This document shows, in pieces, positions 27,216-37,100 of a stretch of DNA of 61,717 nt. The notes beneath the pieces were generated by a model. It ran no database searches and had not been told where the DNA came from. It saw only the letters and a program-made list of their open reading frames with translations. Position numbers and translations under genes: made by a program. Numbering within the stretch: the first letter of the stretch is position 1; each line of letters begins with the position of its first letter. Origin of the DNA: Oscillospiraceae bacterium (lineage in GTDB: Bacteria; Bacillota; Clostridia; Oscillospirales; Oscillospiraceae); assembly GCA_017455015.1 (NCBI GenBank), contig JAFTBW010000073.1, positions 1 to 61,717 on the forward strand, in the 5' to 3' direction.

Positions 27216-27710
27216 ATGCCGAACTGCAACCACGGCGCGGTGGATCTGACAAAGCTGGAACCGACGCTGGAGGAGTATGCCTCCGTCAAGGGCAGCCTGA
27301 TCACCGTCCTGCAAAAGACTCAGGAGATCTACGGTTACATCCCCATTGATGCCGTGTACCGCATCTCCGAGCGCACCGGCCTCAGCCCGGCCAGGATCCT
27401 GGGCGTGGCCACCTTCTACTCCCAGTTCCGCTTCCAGCCCATCGGCCAGAACCTCATCATGCTCTGCAAGGGCACGGCCTGCTATGTGAACGGCGCGGAG
27501 CGGATTCTGGACGCCGTCACGGACGAGCTGGGCATCGGGGACAACCAGACCACGCCTGACGGCCTGTTCTCCCTGAGCGTGGTGGCCTGCCTGGGCTGCT
27601 GCTCCCTGGCTCCGGTGATGATGATTAACGACCGTACCTACGGCTCTCTGACGCCGGACAAGGTCAGACAGATCCTGCGGGACATCAGAAAGGAGGCGGA
27701 GGCGCAATGA
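27216..27710 (+). CDS. NuoE/HydC-like [2Fe-2S] thioredoxin-like subunit
   Basis: 164 aa with Cys pattern CKGTAC...ACLGCCSLAP. AAGGAG RBS. Confidence 0.85.
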   Translation: MPNCNHGAVDLTKLEPTLEEYASVKGSLITVLQKTQEIYGYIPIDAVYRISERTGLSPARILGVATFYSQFRFQPIGQNLIMLCKGTACYVNGAERILDAVTDELGIGDNQTTPDGLFSLSVVACLGCCSLAPVMMINDRTYGSLTPDKVRQILRDIRKEAEAQ

Positions 27711-29464
27711 GCGTGAGAATCGTTGTCGGCGAAGGAAGCTGCGGCCTGGCCGCGGGAGCCGCCGCTGTCTATGACGCCATCAAAGAGAAGCTTTCCCCGG
27801 AGAGCGGGGCGAAGCTCTCCATCACCGGCTGCGTGGGCGCGTGCTTCCTGGAGCCCATCGTGGACGTGTATGAGGAATCCGGCGCGCTGCACCGCTGCGT
27901 CCGGGTAACTCCCAAGGACGCGGAAAACATCGTCTCCGCCGCGGAGAGCGGCGACTGGTCAAAGCTTTCCGGCGTTGCCATTGCGCCGGAGGACGAGGGC
28001 TTTCTGAGCAAGCAGACGCGCATTGCCCTGCGGCACTGCGGCGTCATCGACCCGGAGAGCATCGACGACTATCTGGCCCACGAGGGCTATCAGGCGCTGG
28101 AGAAGGTCCTGAAAACCATGTCCCCCGAGGACGTGATCGCCGTCGTCAAGACCTCCGGCCTGGCCGGGCGCGGCGGCGCGGGCTTCCCCACCTGGTTCAA
28201 GTGGAACGCCGCCCGGCAGAGTCCGGGGACGGAGAAATACCTGATCTGCAACGCCGACGAGGGCGACCCCGGCGCGTTCATGGACCGGGCCGTCATCGAG
28301 TCCGACCCCCACAACCTGATCGAGGGCATGCTGATCGGCGCTTACGCCATCGGGGCCGGCGAGGCCGTGGTCTACGTCCGGGCGGAGTACCCTCTGGCCA
28401 TCGTCCGTCTGACGGAGGCCCTCCGGCAGGCCCGGGAGCGGGGTTACCTGGGCAAGAACATCCTGGGCACGGACTTCTCCTGCGACATCCGCATCAAGGC
28501 CGGGGCCGGCGCGTTCGTCTGCGGCGAGGAGACCGCCCTCATCGAGTCTCTGGAGGGCAGCCGCGGCATGCCGCGCCTCAAACCCCCCTTCCCCGCCGCC
28601 GAGGGCTACTGGCACAAGCCCAGCAATATCAACAACGTGGAGACCTACGCCAACGTGAGCTGGATCATCTTGAGCGGCGGCGAGGCTTTTGCCGCCATGG
28701 GCACGGAGAACAGCAAGGGCACCAAGGTCTTTGCCGTCACCGGCAAGGTGAAGCGGGGCGGCCTCGTGGAGATCCCCATGGGCAAGACGTTGCGGGACGT
28801 GATCTTTGACATCGCCGGCGGCATCCGCGACGGCCGGAGGTTCAAGGCCGTGCAGCTCGGCGGACCCAGCGGCGGCTGCGTCCCGGAGAGTCTGCTGGAC
28901 ACCGTCATCGACTACAAGAGCCTCCAGGCCACGGGGGCCATCATGGGCTCCGGCGGCATGGTGGTCATGGACGAGAGCACCTGCATGGTGGGCATCGCCA
29001 AGTTCTTCCTGGACTTTACCACCAAGGAGAGCTGCGGCAAGTGCGTCCACTGCCGCATCGGCACCAAGCGCCTGGGCGAGATTCTGACCCGCATCGTGAA
29101 CGGCGAGGGGCGCGAGGGCGACATCGAGCTGCTGGAGGAGCTGTGCGTCTCCGTCAAGGACGGCGCGCTCTGCGGCCTGGGGCAGACCGCCCCGAATCCG
29201 GTGCTGAGCACCATCCGCTACTTCCGGAACGAGTATGAGGCCCACATCCGGGACAAGAAATGTCCCGCCAAGGCCTGCCCGGCCCTGCTGACCTACGCCA
29301 TCGACCCCGAAAAATGCGTGGGCTGCTCCGCCTGCTCCAAAAAGTGCCCGGTCAAGGCCATCTCCGGCGAAATCAAGAAACCGTTCAAGATCGATCCCGA
29401 CAAATGCATCCGCTGCGGCATGTGCCTGAACACCTGCCGCTTCGGCGCGGTGAACGTGGACTAA
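27707..29464 (+). CDS. NuoF/HydB-like NAD(H)- and FMN-binding iron-sulfur subunit
   Basis: 585 aa with GRGGAGFPT, ESCGKCVHCR and two C-terminal ferredoxin motifs (CVGCSACSKKCP, CIRCGMCLNTC). ATGA overlap with the upstream gene. Confidence 0.85.
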   Translation: MSVRIVVGEGSCGLAAGAAAVYDAIKEKLSPESGAKLSITGCVGACFLEPIVDVYEESGALHRCVRVTPKDAENIVSAAESGDWSKLSGVAIAPEDEGFLSKQTRIALRHCGVIDPESIDDYLAHEGYQALEKVLKTMSPEDVIAVVKTSGLAGRGGAGFPTWFKWNAARQSPGTEKYLICNADEGDPGAFMDRAVIESDPHNLIEGMLIGAYAIGAGEAVVYVRAEYPLAIVRLTEALRQARERGYLGKNILGTDFSCDIRIKAGAGAFVCGEETALIESLEGSRGMPRLKPPFPAAEGYWHKPSNINNVETYANVSWIILSGGEAFAAMGTENSKGTKVFAVTGKVKRGGLVEIPMGKTLRDVIFDIAGGIRDGRRFKAVQLGGPSGGCVPESLLDTVIDYKSLQATGAIMGSGGMVVMDESTCMVGIAKFFLDFTTKESCGKCVHCRIGTKRLGEILTRIVNGEGREGDIELLEELCVSVKDGALCGLGQTAPNPVLSTIRYFRNEYEAHIRDKKCPAKACPALLTYAIDPEKCVGCSACSKKCPVKAISGEIKKPFKIDPDKCIRCGMCLNTCRFGAVNVD

Positions 29465-29477
29465 GGGGGGCGTGGAA

Positions 29478-31508
29478 ATGTCTGAAATCAAGCTGACCAT
29501 CAACGGAGTGCCCTGCGCGGGTCAAACCGGCGAGACCATCCTGGACATCGCAAAGCGTAACGGCATCGACATCCCCACCCTCTGCCACGACGGCAGCGTG
29601 GCCCACTACGGCGCCTGCGGCGTCTGCGTGGTGGAGGCGGAGAATTCACCCAAGCTGCTGCGGGCCTGCTCCACCCTGGCCGCGGACGGCATGGTCATCA
29701 ACACGGAGGGCGCGCGCTGCGTTCAGGCCCGGAGGATCGCCCTGGAGCTTCTCATGAGCGACCACGACGGCGACTGCATGGGGCCCTGCCGGCTGGCCTG
29801 TCCCGCCGGCACCGACTGCCAGGGCTACGTGAAGCAGGTTGCCCTGGGCAACACAAAAGAGGCCGTGCGCATCGTCAAGGAGCGGCTGCCCCTGCCCGCC
29901 TGCATCGGCCACGTCTGCCCCCACCCCTGCGAAAAGGACTGCCGCCGCGGTCTGGTGGAGGAGCCCATCTCCATCGCCGGCATCAAGCGCTACATGGCGA
30001 TGGATATGCTGGACAAGACGGACAAGTGGCGTCCCGAACGGGCAGCGGCCACCGGCAAAAAGGTGGGCGTCATCGGCGGCGGCCCGGCGGGTCTGACCGC
30101 GGCCTACTACCTCGCCCTCAAGGGCCACGACGTGACCCTGACCGAGCAGATGCCCAAGATGGGCGGCATGCTGCGCTACGGCATCCCCGAGTACCGGCTC
30201 CCCAAGGCCGTGGTGGACGCGGAGATCGCCGAGATCGCCGAGACCGGCGTGAAAATGGAGAACGGCGTCGCCATCGGCAGGGACATCTCCTTCGCCGACT
30301 ACCGGGCGAAGTTTGACGCGGTGGTCCTGGCCATCGGCGCATGGAAGAGCTCCCCCCTGGGCTGCGCCGGTGAGGAGCAGGAGGGCGTGTACGGCGGCAT
30401 CGACTTCCTGCGCTCCGTGGCGCAGGGCGCTCCCCTCGACATCGGCAGGCGCGTGGCCGTCGTGGGCGGCGGCAACACCGCCATGGACGCCTGCCGCACC
30501 GCCGTGCGCCTGGGCGCGGAAAAAGTCTATATCGTCTACCGCCGCACCCGGAACGAGATGCCCGCCAACCCCGAGGAGATCGAGGAGGCCATGGAGGAGG
30601 GCGTGGAGTTCAAGTTCCTCACCAACCCTGCCGAGGTCCTGGGGGAGGACGGACGCGTCAGGGCCGTGAAGCTCCAGGTCATGGAGTTGGGCGAGCCGGA
30701 CGCCAGCGGGCGGCGGAGCCCGGTGCCCGTGGAGGGCAAATTCGAGACCCTGGACGTGGACAGCGTCATCGCCGCCATCGGCCAGAAAGTGAACGTCAGC
30801 GGCTTTGACGGCGTGGAGCTGAACCGCCGGGGCATCATCGCCGCGGACGAAAGCACGTTCCGCACGAACCTGGAGGGCGTCTTCGCCGTGGGCGACGCCA
30901 CCAACCGTGGCGCGGACATCGCCATCGCCGCCATCGGCGAGGCCGGCAAGTGCGCCGACGTGGCGGACAGCTACCTGAAAGGGGCCGTCGTCCCCTACCG
31001 GAAGCCCTTTGTCAGCCGCCGGAAGGTCACCGCCGAGGACTATAAGGACCGGGAGAAAAAGCCCCGGGTCCGCATCGAAAACCGCCCCGCGGAGGAGCGG
31101 CGGCGGGACTTCAAGCCCGTCAACAGCGGGTTTGACGCCGAGGAGGCCATGAAAGAGGCCTCCCGCTGCCTGGAGTGCGGCTGCCACGACTACGGCGATT
31201 GCAGCCTGATCCGCCACGCGAACCGCTATCCCATCGACCCGGAGCGGCTGGCCGGTCAGAAGCGCAAGCACGACAGCGAGACGCGTCTGGCGGTCATTGA
31301 GCGGGACAACGGCAAGTGCATCCTCTGCTCCCTGTGCGTGCGCGTCTGCGACGAGGTGGCAAAGGAGGGCCTGCTGGGCCTGGTGGGCCGCGGCTTCGGC
31401 ACCGTCATCAAGCCGGAGTTCCGGGACACAGACCGCATCAAGGTCTGCGCAAGCTGCGGCAAGTGCGTGGCGGCCTGCCCCACCGGCGCGCTGAAAATGC
31501 TGAAATGA
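29478..31508 (+). CDS. Fusion subunit: N-terminal [2Fe-2S] ferredoxin + GltD/NfnB-like FAD/NAD(P) oxidoreductase + C-terminal [4Fe-4S] domain
   Basis: 676 aa from the ATG behind a GGGGGG RBS. Motifs CHDGSVAHYGACGVCVVE, VGVIGGGPAGLTAAYYL...GGMLRYGIPEYRLP, CILCSLCVRVC and CASCGKCVAACP. Confidence 0.8.
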   Translation: MSEIKLTINGVPCAGQTGETILDIAKRNGIDIPTLCHDGSVAHYGACGVCVVEAENSPKLLRACSTLAADGMVINTEGARCVQARRIALELLMSDHDGDCMGPCRLACPAGTDCQGYVKQVALGNTKEAVRIVKERLPLPACIGHVCPHPCEKDCRRGLVEEPISIAGIKRYMAMDMLDKTDKWRPERAAATGKKVGVIGGGPAGLTAAYYLALKGHDVTLTEQMPKMGGMLRYGIPEYRLPKAVVDAEIAEIAETGVKMENGVAIGRDISFADYRAKFDAVVLAIGAWKSSPLGCAGEEQEGVYGGIDFLRSVAQGAPLDIGRRVAVVGGGNTAMDACRTAVRLGAEKVYIVYRRTRNEMPANPEEIEEAMEEGVEFKFLTNPAEVLGEDGRVRAVKLQVMELGEPDASGRRSPVPVEGKFETLDVDSVIAAIGQKVNVSGFDGVELNRRGIIAADESTFRTNLEGVFAVGDATNRGADIAIAAIGEAGKCADVADSYLKGAVVPYRKPFVSRRKVTAEDYKDREKKPRVRIENRPAEERRRDFKPVNSGFDAEEAMKEASRCLECGCHDYGDCSLIRHANRYPIDPERLAGQKRKHDSETRLAVIERDNGKCILCSLCVRVCDEVAKEGLLGLVGRGFGTVIKPEFRDTDRIKVCASCGKCVAACPTGALKMLK

Positions 31509-31624
31509 TCCTCCCCGGCCCTCCCCCCTTCCGGGGGGAAGCCGGGAGAAGCACCGCTACATTCCTGTACGCGGAGAAAGCCCCCCGGCTTTGTCCGCGT
31601 ACAGAACTATTGTAAGAATTTGAG

Positions 31625-33004
31625 GTGAGGCCCGTGGGCAAGTCCGGACTTGACATGACGGAGGGGCGCGTGATGCGCTCCCTGCTTGCGTTTTCCATCC
31701 CCGCGCTGCTGGCAAATATGCTCCACCAGGTCTACACGCTGACGGACAACATCATCGTAGGCCGCGTTTTGGGGCTGGAAGCCCTGGCAGCGGTGGGCGT
31801 GACCACGCCCGTGATCATGCTGCTGGGCTCGCTGATCTTTGGCATCAACAACGGCGTCACGATCCTGCTCTCCCAGGCCTACGGCAGCCGGGACATCCCC
31901 CAGATGCGCCGGAGCTTTTACAACAGCCTGTACCTGGGGCTGCTGGTGGCGGCGGTGATGGCGGCGCTGGGCACGGTGCTGCCGGTTCCGGTCCTGAAGC
32001 TCATCGGCACGCCGGAGGGACCGCTGCGCGACGCGGCAAGCTACATCCGCATCAGCTTTTTCACCTCGTTCTGCCCCATGCTGTACTTTCTGTTCTCCTG
32101 CGCGTTCCGGGGCATGGGCGACAGCCGGACCGCGCTGTACTGCATGATCGTCTCTGTCACCGGCAACGTGTTTCTGGACCTCCTGTTCGTGGCGGTGTTC
32201 GGCTGGGGCGTGGCGGGCTCCGCCTGGGCCACCGCGCTGGCGCAGTTTTGCGCCACGGCGCTGGCCGCGGTGCTGCTGTTCCGGAAGTACCCGATCATCC
32301 GGCCACAGCCGGAGGATTGGAGGCCGCAGGGCGCGATTTTGAAACGCATCGCCGGGCTTGCCATCCCCATCGCCCTGCAATCGGCCTTTATCAACCTGGG
32401 CAGCCTCGCGGCCCAGGCCGCAGTCAATCTGTTCGGGGAGCTGGTCATGGGCGCTTACACCGCGGCGGGCAAGATCGGCGCGCTGGCGCTGCTGCCGCTG
32501 GAATCCCTGGGCAGCTCCCTGTCCGTCTTCACCGGACAGAATTACGGCGCAAAAAAAGCCCCTCGCATCCGGGCGGGCGTCCGCGCAGGGCTGCTGCTGC
32601 AGCTTCTGTTCTCCACGGCGCTGGCCGTGCTGCTGGCGCTGTTCGGGCGGCAGTTCACCGCCCTGTTCCTCACCGATCCGCCGGCGGAGATGCTGGACAT
32701 CTCCTTCTCCTATCTCATGATTACGGCGGTCCCGGGCATCCTGGCCGGTGTGATGTTCGTCTACCAGCAGGCCCTTCGGGGCGTCGGACTGGTCCGGGAT
32801 TCCATGTACGGGGGCTTTGTGCAGCTCGGCGTGAAGATCGCCGTGGTTCTGATCGGCGCGATGGCCCTGCGCAGCCTGAACGTCATCTGGCTGGCCTGGC
32901 CCCTGTCCTACATCGCCGGCGCGGTCTTCGTCTGGCTGCGCGGCCGGCGGAGCCCCTGGATCATGGGCTCAGCGCAAAAGGAGGCGGTGCAGCGTGGAGC
33001 ATAA
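31625..33004 (+). CDS. MATE-family efflux transporter
   Basis: About 455 aa, 12-TM-like hydrophobic pattern. The start is uncertain (GTG 31625, GTG 31634 behind GAGGTGA, or ATG 31655). Confidence 0.8.
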   Translation: MRPVGKSGLDMTEGRVMRSLLAFSIPALLANMLHQVYTLTDNIIVGRVLGLEALAAVGVTTPVIMLLGSLIFGINNGVTILLSQAYGSRDIPQMRRSFYNSLYLGLLVAAVMAALGTVLPVPVLKLIGTPEGPLRDAASYIRISFFTSFCPMLYFLFSCAFRGMGDSRTALYCMIVSVTGNVFLDLLFVAVFGWGVAGSAWATALAQFCATALAAVLLFRKYPIIRPQPEDWRPQGAILKRIAGLAIPIALQSAFINLGSLAAQAAVNLFGELVMGAYTAAGKIGALALLPLESLGSSLSVFTGQNYGAKKAPRIRAGVRAGLLLQLLFSTALAVLLALFGRQFTALFLTDPPAEMLDISFSYLMITAVPGILAGVMFVYQQALRGVGLVRDSMYGGFVQLGVKIAVVLIGAMALRSLNVIWLAWPLSYIAGAVFVWLRGRRSPWIMGSAQKEAVQRGA

Positions 33005-33512
33005 TACACCCGTCAGGCAGAAAATTCTGGCGGTCTCCGGCGTCAAGAACTCCGGGAAAACCACCTTACTGGAAAAGCTGATCCCCGCCCTGGCCCAGCG
33101 GGGAATCCGTACTGCGGTCATCAAGCACGACGGCCACGGCTTCGCCGCCGACCGGGAGGGGACGGACACCTGGCGCATGCTCCGCGCCGGGGCCGCCGGC
33201 GCGGCGATCTACGACAGCGGGAAATTCCAGGCGGTCAAATACGCCCCTGTGACGGAAGCGGAGCTGATCGCGCTGTACCCGGAGGCGGAGCTGATCCTGC
33301 TGGAGGGCTTCAAGTGGACAGGCTACCCGAAGATCGAGGTCTGGCGCAGGGACAATTCCCCCGCGCCCGTCTGCGACAGCGCTTCGCTGCTCGCCCTGGT
33401 GACGGACGGGGAGAGTCCGTTTCCCGGCGTCCTGGTCCTGGGGCCGGAGGATACGGAGGGACTTGCGGAGCTGGTCTGCCGTTTTTTGCGGGAGGAAAAA
33501 CAGGAGGAATGA
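32994..33512 (+). CDS. mobB: Molybdopterin-guanine dinucleotide biosynthesis adapter protein
   Basis: 172 aa, GTG start behind AAGGAGG. P-loop VSGVKNSGKTTL and IKHDGHGF. Confidence 0.8.
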   Translation: MEHNTPVRQKILAVSGVKNSGKTTLLEKLIPALAQRGIRTAVIKHDGHGFAADREGTDTWRMLRAGAAGAAIYDSGKFQAVKYAPVTEAELIALYPEAELILLEGFKWTGYPKIEVWRRDNSPAPVCDSASLLALVTDGESPFPGVLVLGPEDTEGLAELVCRFLREEKQEE

Positions 33513-33515
33513 AAG

Positions 33516-34097
33516 ATGGCTGAAACGGAATACACCGAGATCATCCGGCTCCGGGAAAAACAGTATGTTTTCCGCCAGGGGGACCCCGGAGACTGTATGT
33601 ATGAGATTCTGAAAGGGAGCGTCGGCATCTATTCCGGGACCGGCGGGGGTTCTTCCGGGCAAAAGCTGCTGACAGAGCTGGGAGAGGGGGACTTTTTCGG
33701 CGAGATGGGCATGGTGCGGGGCTTTCCGCGCTCCTCCTCGGCCATGGCGCTGCGCCCGGGCACGGAGCTGCGTGTGATCGCCTGGGACACGCTGGCCCGC
33801 TATTTTGAAACGCAGCCCTCCCGGATCGTCCAGATCATGCAGCATATCAGCAACCGCCTGGCGGAGCTCACGGACGACTACATGGACGCCTGCCGCGCCA
33901 TTGACGCGCTGAGCCGGGAAAACAAGGTGCTGCGGAACGTCCTGGAGCGGGAGGTCAAGCCCTCCGCCGTGGCGCGCGACCGTCTGGCGGCGCTGGACGG
34001 GCCGGATCAGTACACCGACGCCGGCTATCAGCGGCACCTGGAACGCTATCAGAGCTTCGCCGCAAGCCGGTCCGAAAAAGAATCGAACTGCGTATGA
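33516..34097 (+). CDS. Cyclic-nucleotide-binding domain protein (no DNA-binding domain evident)
   Basis: 193 aa. cNMP-binding signature GDFFGEMGM...RSSSAMA followed by a helical C-terminal region. Confidence 0.7.
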   Translation: MAETEYTEIIRLREKQYVFRQGDPGDCMYEILKGSVGIYSGTGGGSSGQKLLTELGEGDFFGEMGMVRGFPRSSSAMALRPGTELRVIAWDTLARYFETQPSRIVQIMQHISNRLAELTDDYMDACRAIDALSRENKVLRNVLEREVKPSAVARDRLAALDGPDQYTDAGYQRHLERYQSFAASRSEKESNCV

Positions 34098-34119
34098 ACG
34101 GGCATTGAACGGTCTTTTT

Positions 34120-34178
34120 CACAAAAAGTGCGCGGGAGCATCCGGTTTCGGAACGTCTCCCGCGCATTTCTCATTATT
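34120..34178. terminator. Bidirectional terminator hairpin
   Basis: GCGCGGGAG-(18-nt loop)-CTCCCGCGC is flanked by AAAAAG upstream and ATTTCTCATT downstream, between convergent genes. Confidence 0.55.
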
Positions 34179-34181
34179 ACA

Positions 34182-37100
34182 TCAGTCCTGGATCAAAATC
34201 TCCAGCGTCTCATACAGGTGCTCCGGCTCCACCGGCTTGCTGAGGTGGGCGTTCATGCCCACCTGCAGGGAGCGCTGCACATCCTCGTCAAAGGCGTTGG
34301 CCGTCATGGCGATAATGGGGACGGTCTTCGCGTCGGCTCGCGGCAGGGCGCGGATGGCGGCGGTCGCCTCAAGGCCGGTCATCACGGGCATGCGCACGTC
34401 CATCAGGATGGCGTCGTAGGTGTTCTCCGGGCTGTTCTGGAACATCTCCACCACAATCTGTCCGTTCTCCGCGTGATCGACCTCCATCTCCCGCATCCCC
34501 AGCAGCTCTTTCATGATCTCCGCGTTGATGAGCATGTCCTCGGCCAGCAGAATGTGCTTTCCGGTCAGGTCCGCCCTGTGGACATCCTCATGGCTGACGC
34601 TCTTCCGGGCGATGGCAAGCTGGAACTCCTCCAGCACCCCGGACGCGAACAGGGGCTTTGACATGAAGCTGTCCACGCCGGCGGCGATGGCGTCCTCCAT
34701 GACATCGTCCCAACTGTAGGCGGTCAGGATGATGATGGTGCTCTCCCCGTTGTACAGCTCCCGAATGGCCCGGGTGACCTCCACGCCGTCCTGCTCCGGC
34801 ATCCTGAGATCCACCAGGATCAGATTGTAGGCCTCCCTGCGGGCGTGGGCCAGGCGGAGCATCTCCATGGCCTCCCGTCCGCTGTAGCAGGAGTCGGAGA
34901 CGATGCCCACCTCCTCCAGCACCAGTCTGGCATGCTCGCAGGCGACGGGGTCGTCGTCAATGATCAGCACACGCATATCCTGGGGACGGAGCCCGCCGCC
35001 CGCCTGGGCCTTTTTGCCGGATTTTTTCAGGGTGACGGTGACGGTAAAGGTGGAGCCCACGCCCTTTTCGCTCTCCACGGCGATGTTGCCGTTCATCATC
35101 TCCACGATGTTTTTGGTGATCGCCATCCCCAAGCCGGTGGAGCCGTACTTGTTCGCCTTGTTGGAGTCCTCCTGGGAGAAAGCCTCAAAAATTTTGGGCA
35201 GGAAAGCCTTGTCCATGCCCACGCCGGTGTCTTTCATGACAAAGCGCAGGGTGGCCTTGTCCTCGTACTGGGACACGGGCTCCACCAGGAACGTCACGGT
35301 GCCGCCCTCCGGCGTGAATTTCACAGCGTTGCCCAGAATGTTGATGATGACCTGCTTAAGCTTCATGGCATCCCCGATGTAAAAATCCTCCACATGGCCG
35401 GTGATGCGGCAGTCGTAAACCAGGCCCTTGTCCTGGCACTGGCCGTTGATCATGGTGTTGATCTGCTCCAGTATCTCCCGGAACGAGAATTCCTCGCTTT
35501 TCAGGGTCATGCGTCCGCTCTCGATGCGGCTCATATCCAGAATGTCGTTGATGAGGGATAGCAGATGCTTGGCGCTGCCGCCGATCTTTTCCAGTTGCTC
35601 CCTGGTCTTTGGGGGAAGGTCGGGGTCGCTGAGGGCGATGCTGTCCAGACCGATGATGGCGTTCATCGGCGTGCGGATCTCGTGGCTCATGCTGCTGAGA
35701 AAGCTCGTCTTGGCGGCGTTGGCCCGTTCCGCCTCGCTCAGGGCGTTGGCAAGCAGCTCGTTGCGCACCCGCTGCTCCATCAGCACCTCGGTCACGTCGG
35801 ACTTCAAAAGGATGTAGAATTGCGTGTCCCGGTTCACCGGATAGAACGTGAACCGCTTGTTGAAAATCTCGCCGCCGATGGCACAGGTGACATCCACGGA
35901 ATAGCTGTCCTCGGTCTCCAGCACTTTTTCCACGGTCTCCAGGAGGAGCGCTGACGCCGTGGCCTCCCGTTCCTCCTCCGGGACCACGGGGAGGACCTGT
36001 TCCTGCACATAGTCCATATAGACGCCGTCCCGCTTCTTCGGGAAAATGCTGCCCCGGGCGATGTTGGCGGCGTCCCCGATGGTCACGCCGTAATAGCCGC
36101 CCACCAGATAGGTGACCATGTCGTACTGCTGGGCGAGGATCTTCCGGTTCATCACGTCGGTGATCATCTCAGAGTTGTACTCCGTCTCAATGCCGAAGGC
36201 GTCCACGTCCCCCGTCACGGGGTTGCGGCTGGCGGAGCCGGAGAACCGGACGAAGCACTGCCGCCCGGAGGCCCGCCGGCAGTAGCACACCAGCGTGGCC
36301 GGCCCCAGCCCCCGGGCGGTGCGCTCCAGGAGCCTTTCCATGTCAAAGGTCTCGATATACTTCTCCCGGTCGCTCTCCACCAAAAGGCTTTCCAACCGGC
36401 TGGCGGCATAGGCCGGGACGGTGTTGCCCACATAGTCCGAGGGATAGAGGTCGTTGCCCCGGATGTCCTCGATGAGACCCGTGGACATGTTGGAGCGGAT
36501 AACGGTGAGGCTCTCGTCCGCGATGGCGTTGAACTGGTCCACCATGCTGTTGTGGATGGTCTGGGTCCGCTCCCGCTCCCGCTGCTCCCGCAGTATCTCC
36601 GTGATGTCGGATTTCAGCAGAATGTAGAACCTGGTCTCCCTGTCCACGGTGTAGTAGGTGAAGCGCTTTGTGAACGTCTCCCCGCCGATCTCGCAGACGA
36701 CGTCCACGGAATAGCTCTCCTCTTCCTCAAGCTTTGCGGCGATGGTCTCCAGGGAGAGGGCGCTGCGTATCAGCTCCCGTTCTGCCTCCGGCACGACGGG
36801 AAAAACCTGCTCGCGGAGGTAGTCCATATAGATCCCGTCCCGCTGCTTCGGGAAAATGCTGCCTTTTTTGATGTTTGCGGCGTCTCCGATGGTGACGCCG
36901 TAGTTGTTGTCCACGATGTAGCACACCATGTCATACTGCTTGGCCAGGACCTTTTCGTTGAGGACCTCGCTGACCTTCTGGGAGTTGTATTCCGTCTCCA
37001 CCCCCAGAACGATCACGTCGCCGGTCTCGGGGTCCCGGCGCATGGCTGCGGAATACTTGATAAAGCACTGCCGGCCGGACTGCCGCCGGGAGAAAAACAC

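Noticed and set aside
31509-31560. Hairpin CCCGGC..CCCCCC-ttcc-GGGGGG..GCCGGG after the oxidoreductase operon as a terminator or family-4 member
   Set aside because: No T-tract follows it, and it lacks the AAAGCCTTCC and GGATGAGGGG signatures. It may still terminate transcription, but I cannot support that from sequence alone.
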